A stretch of 64,000 nt of DNA, from NCBI GenBank assembly GCA_013115145.1, contig JAAPAO010000048.1, positions 1 to 64,000 of the forward strand, written 5' to 3'. Below the pieces are notes generated by a model, which ran no database searches, was not told where the DNA came from, and saw only the letters and a list, made by a program, of their open reading frames with translations. Shown in pieces: positions 50,401 through 64,000 of the stretch (its first letter is position 1; the number at the start of each line of letters is the position of its first letter). Both the position numbers and the translations under genes were made by a program. Source of the stretch: Perkinsus chesapeaki ATCC PRA-425. Taxonomy: Eukaryota; Protista; Perkinsozoa.

Positions 50401-51774
50401 CTCCAGTGATTTGTAGTCTGAATCTTTTATCGCTCAAAGTGGAATGTGTCCCGCTTTTTGTCGGCCTCACGCTCTCCAAAGTGCTCATTCGGGCAGAAGA
50501 TGTGGATAACTGAAAAAAGTCATCAACATAACAACAAGTTAACAGAATTTCCCATTATTTTTGCCATGACACGAATTCGCAGGAGGGAGTTGTAAACAAG
50601 CGGAGTATGCTGAAAAATATCAACCAATACGAAATAATACTTGGAGACCGGGATTTTTAAGTAGCTGAAGGAAAGCGTGTACGTCATCATAGATGTTACA
50701 AGTTATTGAATGCGAATCCAACATTGACCTTTTGAGTGTACAGCAGAATTCTAACAAGTGTATTGCTCATTCAGCTAAATGAGCAGACATAACTTGAACG
50801 GATTTGAGAAATACGTAATGTTCGTGAACGATCATCTGCTCAAGGACTGTTTGAATGAACTAGTATTATATTCCTCACAAACTAATAAGTTTATTAATAT
50901 TTCAAATACTAATAATAACTTAAAAAAGTCATTAGTTGCTTGAATGATTGAATGAATCTACCGTAAACCACATAATGATTTTATATAAAGCCTCACCTTC
51001 CGTCTCCATGGTAATCCTTGTCCACATAAACATCCCGGAAAACTATTACTCTTATTGGTCTTGGTCTTACTTGGTGAGGCAGGATGCTGAAATGAGGTAA
51101 ACGGAGTCCATCAAGAGAGAAGCGTCAACGAATTGATGACCACAGCTGCTGTGGTGGAATAGATCGATTAACTACGACACCTAAATCCAATCTCACGGTT
51201 TAAAATGCCCTTCCTGGGCTTGAAAAAACTCTCAATGTTAAAAAGCAAGTTATAGAGTATGTTACTAGTGCGGAGGAGGAGTAGGAGATATAATATAAAA
51301 TATGTTAGTAGTGCGGAGGAGGAGTAGGAGATATAATATAGAATATGTTAGTAGTGCGGAGGAGGAGCAGGAGATATAATATGAAATATGTTAGTAGTGC
51401 GGAGGAGGAGCAGGAGATATAATATGAAATATGTTAGTAGTAGTATGTCTAACCTGTGCTGTTAGTAATAAATATTTTAAGAGTACTTAATACCAAGTAT
51501 AGGGTACGAATCATTACTACGATACAGTTCTCCAATTTTGCGACTTAGTGAATTTCCTTCTTATATACCACCCAAGTTTCAGCGTCACAAAAAGTATAAC
51601 AGTATGGGAGATATTCCAAGTTAATTTGGAGGACTGTAGAGGTTATAAAATATATATCATTAAGGTGTGAAGGGAATTTAATATTACCGGTGGAGCTGAT
51701 GGTAGTATCCCCTCAATAGTACTCCTCTTAGATGACGAATTAGATGTTCCACGTACTAGAGACGGAATCTTCAT
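47430..51774 (-). CDS. HAD-like hydrolase family protein (ILDWDDTLFPT), long low-complexity N-terminus; ends approximate
   Basis: Exons EWHLPSQSVTILDWDDTLFPTAW (~49030-49100), IRLLENASAISHVVIVTLATAPW and PSITQLIPQLEILSAWIPYMLAHDGDFDLDI. Upstream exons join through ...PQMR|RADAMKALK to a likely ATG at 51774. Confidence 0.7.
49583..49630 (-). repeat. Probable in-frame 48-nt intron with a tRNA 3'-end element
   Basis: GTAATGAG...GCGAG TTCGAAC CGCAG TGGGGTT A TTTT AG. Confidence 0.65.
51259..51440. repeat. 43-bp tandem repeat, four copies
   Basis: Unit TGTTAGTAGTGCGGAGGAGGAG(T/C)AGGAGATATAATAT(A/G)AAATA; GTGCGG recurs at 51268, 51311, 51354 and 51397. Confidence 0.95.
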
Positions 51775-51934
51775 TAACCTACAAATGCCCAAGTTAACCT
51801 AAAGATACTCCCCTTATTAACAGCCAACACAACAGCTTTATAGGGAGATCATTCTAAAGCCCTTCCTTCAAAGAGCATTTCAATCGAGCAAGACCATTAA
51901 CATTTCCATTTTCAAGTCCGTCTCCATTAGCCTT

Positions 51935-51962
51935 ACAGGTTCGAATCCCGCCAGGTACATTT
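51935..51962 (+). promoter_or_regulatory. B-box/tRNA 3'-end element in the divergent promoter region between the HAD-like gene and RPS10
   Basis: ACAGG TTCGAAT CCCGC CAGGTAC A TTT, ~110 bp upstream of the RPS10 ATG. Regulatory role is inference. Confidence 0.5.
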
Positions 51963-52069
51963 TAAGTGTAATTAAATTATCGATCACGCTGCGGGCGCGC
52001 TCTATTAGCCTTGGACGCCCTTCCTCTTCTAAAGGCCAATCGCCTGGTAAAACCTAAGTTATCATCGTT

Positions 52070-52600
52070 ATGGTGCTAATCAGAAAGGAAGATCGTCGTA
52101 CCGTATATGAGCATCTCTTCAAGGAGGGTGTTATTGTTGTGGAGAAGAAGCCAACTTTGAAGCATCATCGTCAAATGGAGGTTGCCAATCTTCATGTTAT
52201 GATGATCATGAAGTCTCTTTCTTCCAGGTAGGAAAATGGGAGGGTACATCAATCAACCTCTGGAGAATCTTTCTAAATGCTATTCAAATTTCACGACCAA
52301 AATTATTTTTATTTTCAGAGATCTCGTCGATGAGAAGTTCAACTGGCAGTGGCACTACTACACCCTTAATGACGACGGTATCGAGTATCTTCGTCAATAT
52401 CTCCACCTTCCCGTAATAATTAACGTTATATTAATAGTCATTATTATCATTATTCCCAGGCCACTGCTTTCCCCGACACTATGACCAAGCAGCGCCCTAC
52501 TCGCGCCATTGGTGGTGATGATGATGACCGCAAGCCTCGCCGTGACTGGGGTGGCAACAAGTGGGGCAACCAGCAGCAGCAGAAGCCCGTAGAGGCCTAA
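52070..52600 (+). CDS. RPS10: 40S ribosomal protein S10 (eS10), two introns
   Basis: MVLIRKEDRRTVYEHLFKEGV...NLHVMMIMKSLSSR|DLVDEKFNWQWHYYTLNDDGIEYLRQYLHLP|ATAFPDT...KPVEA*. Confidence 0.97.
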
Positions 52601-53149
52601 GTTGTCCTTGGTTACCATAAAGTATCTTAGGTTGATGCTATAGGTTGAGATGGCTTTTGGTTAACACCATTTTTAATAATGTTGTGTTTTGTAATTAACT
52701 TGTTTCAACGCAACAATTCGGGGAGGATATTCCGCACGTTATTTTTATGTCTTCTTCTGCTGAGGAAAAATGAAGAGAAAAGTTGCTGATATATGAAATT
52801 GGATCGCAGTCGTTAAGTAATGTGCTTTCCAGTTGTCGTATTGCACGCATACAGATCTTAACAACTACGCTGCTGACCAGTGGACTATTAATACATATTA
52901 TGAAAGCAACGACAATGATGATTACCATCTTAATCATAATAATAACTCAGGCTGTAGTTAAGACAAACCTAAAATGAGAATGATGAATTACAGCAGTTAT
53001 TAACCATAAGAATCAATATAACAATAGGGATTTTCTATACGGTAGGGAAAAGCAAAGAAGTTAATAAACCATGATTGAATATAACTAATGTGACTATTTA
53101 CGATTAGAATAAGACATAAACAACGCTAACCTGTTGCTGTTATTATTAT

Positions 53150-54723
53150 GTTGTGATTTCTGCCTTCCTTCACAACTGATATCATCATCACACCTAAAAT
53201 ACAATAATAACCCTATTAGATATTGAGATTATTACTCTTGAATTTCGCGGCGAGTGACGGTTATTGTATATCTGTTGTCGATATCGGCAGCATATAAATC
53301 GAGTATAGCCTCTGAACTAGCGTCCGCTACGGAGTAGTCCAAATGATTACCATCATCAGTTAGGATACTTATTAATGAATAATACAAATACGTCTGAACA
53401 AATAGTATTCATAGTGCGAAAAGATACTTTAACACTTGCGGAAGATTCTTAGCAATTATTCAAAGTGCGAAAATGTATCATCGAAATCTTTGCAGTGCGA
53501 AAAGATACTCCTAAATACTTCGCAGTGCGTGTGAATATTCTCAATTACTTTATAGTGCGAAAGATACTCTTAAAATTTTGCCACTGCGAGAAGACACTAT
53601 TGAATTCTTTATAGAGCGCAAAGATACTACCAATTGTCGTTGAATGTCCTGTACAGAAGGATGAGTCTTCAACAAGCAAGTCTTGACTGAAGTGTTTGGT
53701 AGAAGGCTACTAATCATTTTACTAGGGCTGATGTCCCCTATTTGGTTACCAATAAGGAGAACCTAGAAACAAGAAGGGTCCGTGGTTCGAATCCCAACAA
53801 GAGCATCATCATCATCTTTACCTGTGAAGAGGGACTGCCTTCATTTCCCTTAGGTAGATGAGAATACCACTCGCTGGCTATTTTAACAGCTGATGCCTCC
53901 TTCTGTCTGTTATTAAGTATTATTGTAATTATCAGCATAATGATGTTGTCTTACTTAATTCCCCGTTGTAAATGCTGCTTCGGTGTATGAATAACTTTAA
54001 TATTCGATAATACTGGAAGAAGCCGGGGAAGGTATATTTTACAACTCTCTTTAACCCACCCCTAAATAACAACAATAGCTAGAGGTGTCAGAAAACTTAT
54101 ACCAAGCAGATTTCTACGATTTCATCAAGGAGAGCCACTAGACCTAGTACAGTGGAAATGTAATAAGTTCAATCCAGAAAACAGAATATCGACGCGAGAT
54201 TAGCAACATCTTAGCCGGGTAGCGAACGAGTCTGTAGTAGTGAAGTTGGTTTGCTGAAAAGTCCATTGTTGATTGGGCGGCGGCGGCGGTGTTGATGGGA
54301 TAATATAAGTAATTTCAATGTTCTTACCTCAGTACTCGAGCTGAGAATGCAAACATTGCCGTTAGTTAATTCAAGTAGAAGGCTAAGAAAAGCTTCTACA
54401 ACTGACGTGTAGGCGCTGGACAAACTCAACTGAGAAGGAATAGAATAGAGTTGAAGTAAAATGATGCGGGCTACCTTTCCACCGTGGCTGATAAGAGCCT
54501 GTGTTGGAACTATAGTATCATCCCAATCAAGAATAACCATCGAATGACCATTAATAGAGCCATCATCTAGGGAATCTCCCGTACTGGTAGGGGTCTGGCA
54601 GTAGCAGGGCGAGTAGCAGCTACTTGTCGGGCTGTTGTCGGCAGGATGTAGCTGCTGCTGCTGTTGCTGGTGGTCGAGGAGGAGGGTAGATGTAGTAGAC
54701 TTTAATTGTGGTGACATCATCAT
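53150..54723 (-). CDS. Second HAD-like family protein (VILDWDDTIVPT), polyQ N-terminus; 3' end approximate
   Basis: ORF 54211-54819 contains SMVILDWDDTIVPTQAL; later exons NVCILSSST and SQ|VLLIGNQIGD. Confidence 0.65.
53413..53628. repeat. Degenerate ~30-bp periodic repeat with core AGTGCGAAA(A)GATACT
   Basis: Cores at 53413, 53464, 53494, 53524, 53554, 53583 and 53613. Confidence 0.85.
53763..53821 (-). repeat. Intron with a tRNA 3'-end element antisense to its host gene
   Basis: The + strand reads AAGGGTC CGTGG TTCGAAT CCCAA CAAGAGC A. The 7-mer CAAGAGC+A matches the TOR intron 19566-19618 copy. Confidence 0.8.
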
Positions 54724-54899
54724 GATTGTTATATTCAAAAGTGTTAACAAAGGTGCGGTACAATAATGAATCGCTGAAAATAGGGATTTGGACGATACAG
54801 ATAATATCATAATATGCACGCATAGGATAATAATTGCAGGAATAAATACCCCAGCCAGGGATCGATCCTACGTCCTTCAATTGATGAAACAATTGCTCA

Positions 54900-56800
54900 G
54901 AGCTCACCCACTAGACAAAGTAAACGTACTCTAGTGATGGTGACCCATTTCTGTACGGGTGACCTGCCGTGCCAGAACTGCCGTTTATTTGTGCTTCTCT
55001 TGATGTGTCGATGGTGTTGGAGCTCACCGCTTTTTTCAGTATTGATATATAACAAATTTTATCCATCCGATCCATCATTACTATCGCCTAGTTGAGTTGC
55101 TATTGACTTAATAATGCCATTCAGTAAAAGTTATCGTGATACAGTCTATATACCCGATGGTATATCAGTTAGATCCGTCAAGGTAATAATATCATCACTG
55201 TCATCAATATGTCAACATCAGATACCTTCCAATAAGGGAAAGGATAACACCGCTATCACAAGTAGTAATAATTATTGGGGAAATAGAATTATACATTTCC
55301 ATACAGTTAGTAGGAAAATTGTATTATTGATCTTCATATTCTTCATTAGTATTGAAGTGTATATATGTCACTATATCTTTAAGAAATCTATTTCGGGAAT
55401 GAAAATGCGAAGTTAAAAGCACAGCCCGAAATTAATTTCCTTATCCGTAAAATTGTGATCCTTATTCGCGAAATAGATTTCTGGAAGGTAAAGAAGATAC
55501 TTAATTTACAGACAGTAGGTCATGGAGATGAAATAACACCGGTATACTTATTCTGGTTACACTAATGACATTGTCACTCAACTGTCAATATATCGCTACT
55601 TTTCCCCTCGAAACTATGTCTGCCATATCAGACTAGGGATGGTTACTATGATGAGGCATATTAATTGATATTAGTAATATTTCACCTGTTTAGATTCCAA
55701 AAGGAAGTCCCCTTTACCGAAGCACAGTCCAAGTGTGAAGAGCTACCATAGATGCAGTCATGTTGAACGGATGTATCATGAAAGCCCCTCCATCATTATC
55801 GGTGGGGGAGAGGGAGTTAAACTAAGCGATACATTACCTAAAGAGTAATAGGGAAGAAAACATCATATTCATTTTGCCAGGAATATTTTATTATTATAAC
55901 ATTTATATGAAGATCGTTGTGGTATCCTATCTAGTGATTTTAATTTAATAACAACTCTAATAACACCCAGACTTGGTGGCAGCAAAGATCCGTATATGGC
56001 AGACGTTTTAGGCTCTCTCTACTTGTTTAATTGTTATCTATATTATTATTCTTCACCTGCATTCTCGTATTTTATCATATGCATTACAATTCAACTTGAA
56101 CTACGTATTATGTGGCGCGTGACTATCAGGTATACCACTCCTGGTCTGCGAGATAGCAGTAAAATAACTAAACCAAGATATTCCAAAGAGGTTCGAACGT
56201 ACTAGGTCAACTTGAGCTCGAAAATATCTTTTAGGATGGCAGTTTACAGCATATTGTTGCATCCAAGGGTAAGATAGGTGGTGAAGGTAGCTCACTTGTT
56301 GATGAGAGATCAGCCAAAGATGCCATTAATGAACCTAATAAAGTACTAAAGGGTGCCTATATTATTTATTTCTGGTCAATCAACTATAACCGTACTGTCA
56401 TTCCACATACCCTCTTCAACCCTGTCATCGGTCCTCAACTGCGAGATTCTCCGCCACTACACGTTTATATCATCATCACCGACCACGGTCTAGACTACTT
56501 GTCGATACCTTGCTGTATTCACGGTTAAAGGTTTAACCGTCACAATTTTTTATATTATTTCACCTGGCATGCATGGGTTAGGCTCACCATCATCGATAAA
56601 GCATCTTTTGGGAGCATCTATTTACCTTTTGAAACCTTGTTATTTATTTACCATAGCAATCATCATCTTTTTATCCGTGGAATTAAGATATTTGCTCAGG
56701 GTTACCTCTACGCCAAGAATAACAATATTATCGGTACCCTCGGTGAGGTAGCATTTGGTCGCTCCGCTTCCCAGTCGATGGGCTCATGATAATTCATTTG
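54900..56800 (-). CDS. Hypothetical multi-exon gene (approximate limits)
   Basis: Exon-like open segments (TDNIVILGVEVTLSKYL; WRRISQLRTDDRVEE; HHLSYPWMQQYAVNCHPKRYFRAQ) separated by AT-rich GT-AG introns. Confidence 0.35.
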
Positions 56801-57159
56801 CTTGTTGTTAACCACCACCACCATCATCATCAGTTAACCTTGTGTTGAAGTGTATCGGTTAATGCTGGATTGAGTGACTCCATTTTAGTCGTCCTTTAAG
56901 GACTCGCTTCTTCAGGGATACTTCTCTTAAGTTTTCAGTATATTTTATTGCTTACAATTACGAATTTAGTCACTGAATCCATTCCAATTAACCATTATGT
57001 GTGTATCTGGTAGGAATAGTATGGAACATCCGTCACGCGCCACGAAAATAGTATCGGTTTTCTCCTGGAGAGTTTGATGCAACTGAAGTTATTCGATAAA
57101 AAAGTATATAAAAATGCAATTACTATTGTCAATAATTCTTGCAGTGTCATTACAATTAC

Positions 57160-62546
<5,387 letters not shown>

Positions 62547-63096
62547 TCATTACCATTGCACCACACCACTGTCATCGACGATTAACTCTTACGTTTCTTA
62601 TATTACCATCCAAGATGTCTTATGTTGGCATTTCAGCATTAATCTGGGCTTATCTGGTGATAGTATGTATGCTGATGTGATGTTCGTCATCTTCATCATT
62701 ATATATTAGACCAGATTCGTTAATTGTTATTGTCAATATATTGCTTAGCGTTCTGTCTAGGAAGACTGTGTATCATAATTTCTTGTCAAACTGAGGTTCA
62801 AAGATGGAAGCAATTCTTTGAAAATGTTAGTCGATGATGATTATGATGATTCCCCAGTAGCACGGCACGGCCTTCGAGGAGGGTTATGCTAGCCCAGCTC
62901 TATACACTGTGGTGAAAAATCATTATATGTTGAAGTGTGATGATGTTGTTTCGAATCATGACTACTGCGGAACCCAACGACTCTTTGTGATAAACAGCAT
63001 CAGGCGTACACAGCGTTAGTGATACGGAATATAGTGATATAGATAGAAAGACACTTTCCATGGCTACTACAACGACGACCACACGACCTCAATCCA

Positions 63097-63918
63097 TCAT
63101 ATCACATTATTAAGGATTCTTGTGAAGTCTAATGCCATGCCTCTGGCTTTATCTTTCGGAGGAGCCAGCAGAGAGTATTCAGTATCTTGCGTGATGTCCT
63201 TTCTTCTCCATTCCAACATTGTTTGTATCCAAACACCATAGCCGGTGGGCAAAGGTCTTCTCATGACTGGTTCCAGAATGAGTCTCGTCTCCGTTTTTCT
63301 ACCCCGAAGCATGCTCACGAGAATCATCTCAATGGCGATATTATCGAGATTGACATATCTTACCTCCTTCACATTATCCACACCAACCACATTAATGTCA
63401 CTTATTTTACCTTTATCGACCCTTATCCTTACCGCAACGGATTCTTCTTCCAAGTCGCCACGGTACTCTCCGTTTGCTACTGGGTCCAGAAGCTCGTTAA
63501 CCACATTAAATCCAAGCTTAGTGCAAATGTTATTGAGGTCGTTCAGAACGGCTTTATCGGTTGGATGGATAATTGAAAAACATTCAGTGCTCGAGCTCCA
63601 TCCTTCTGGCATGGTCAAAATTCGCGATTTCTGTTTCCCTGTTTTGCGTTCTTCTCCCAACTTTGAAGTTACTGGTTCCACTTGGTACGCCTTAATACGA
63701 TTTATCGTACCGTTCCCTCGAAGATTATATTCTTGTTTCATTTTTATCCCTCTCACTTCGTAGCTTTTGTCAACCCTTTCCTCGATTACTCTAACACGTG
63801 GTTTGATGTAGTATCTTTTCCTATCTTTCAAGCTCGTTCCAAATAACCACTGTACAGGCATATTGGCTGAGGCTATTTCCAACAGTCCAACCGTCATAAC
63901 AAAACAGCGCTTAATCAT
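63097..63918 (-). CDS. Intronless hypothetical protein, possibly secreted
   Basis: 273-codon ORF starting at ATG with a short hydrophobic leader (MIKRCFVMTVGLLEIASA). No recognisable domain. Confidence 0.6.
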   Translation of the reverse strand: MIKRCFVMTVGLLEIASANMPVQWLFGTSLKDRKRYYIKPRVRVIEERVDKSYEVRGIKMKQEYNLRGNGTINRIKAYQVEPVTSKLGEERKTGKQKSRILTMPEGWSSSTECFSIIHPTDKAVLNDLNNICTKLGFNVVNELLDPVANGEYRGDLEEESVAVRIRVDKGKISDINVVGVDNVKEVRYVNLDNIAIEMILVSMLRGRKTETRLILEPVMRRPLPTGYGVWIQTMLEWRRKDITQDTEYSLLAPPKDKARGMALDFTRILNNVI

Positions 63919-64000
63919 CTTAAATAATACTAGTATGAGTTAGCCTGCCGTCTCCTATTGGAAATGCTCCTGCTCGAACATGGTTCTTAAGGGGCGAGAT

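Noticed and set aside
53413-53628. CRISPR array
   Set aside because: Eukaryotic context, degenerate cores, linkers of only ~14 nt and no cas genes.
63245-63763. 172-aa plus-strand ORF
   Set aside because: Antisense shadow of the longer ATG-initiated ORF 63097-63918.

Overview
Eukaryotic, intron-rich nuclear DNA with many 38-60 nt GT-AG introns. The gene style and a spliced-leader-like remnant point to a Perkinsus-like myzozoan alveolate (inference; no database was consulted). Recognisable genes: a ~20 kb TOR kinase (+), DNA ligase I (-), ribosomal protein S10 (+), an AFG2/SPATA5-type double-AAA ATPase (+), two HAD-like 'ILDWDDT' paralogues (-) flanking RPS10, a four-copy array of signal-peptide GNAT acetyltransferase-like genes that all look disrupted, and several hypothetical genes. 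The GNAT array contains a ~1.5 kb inverted duplication. There is also a MITE, three tandem repeats and two N gaps. The most striking signal is in the tiny introns, which repeatedly carry one of three short motifs in either orientation. (1) A tRNA 3' end: T-arm/B-box GGTTCGA(T/A)(C/T)CC, then 12 nt after the loop, a discriminator-like A and an oligo-T run (18 copies found by eye, including five consecutive TOR introns). (2) AATTTCGTGGCGC(A)GYG. (3) GGCGGAGCGAAGCG. Motifs 2 and 3 both resemble the A-box/D-arm of initiator tRNA-Met. This suggests either tRNA-derived intron-forming or intron-targeting elements, or a dispersed set of TFIIIC/Pol III promoter boxes inside Pol II introns. Exon structures were traced by hand, so gene ends marked approximate are uncertain, and motif counts are by-eye minimums, not computed statistics.
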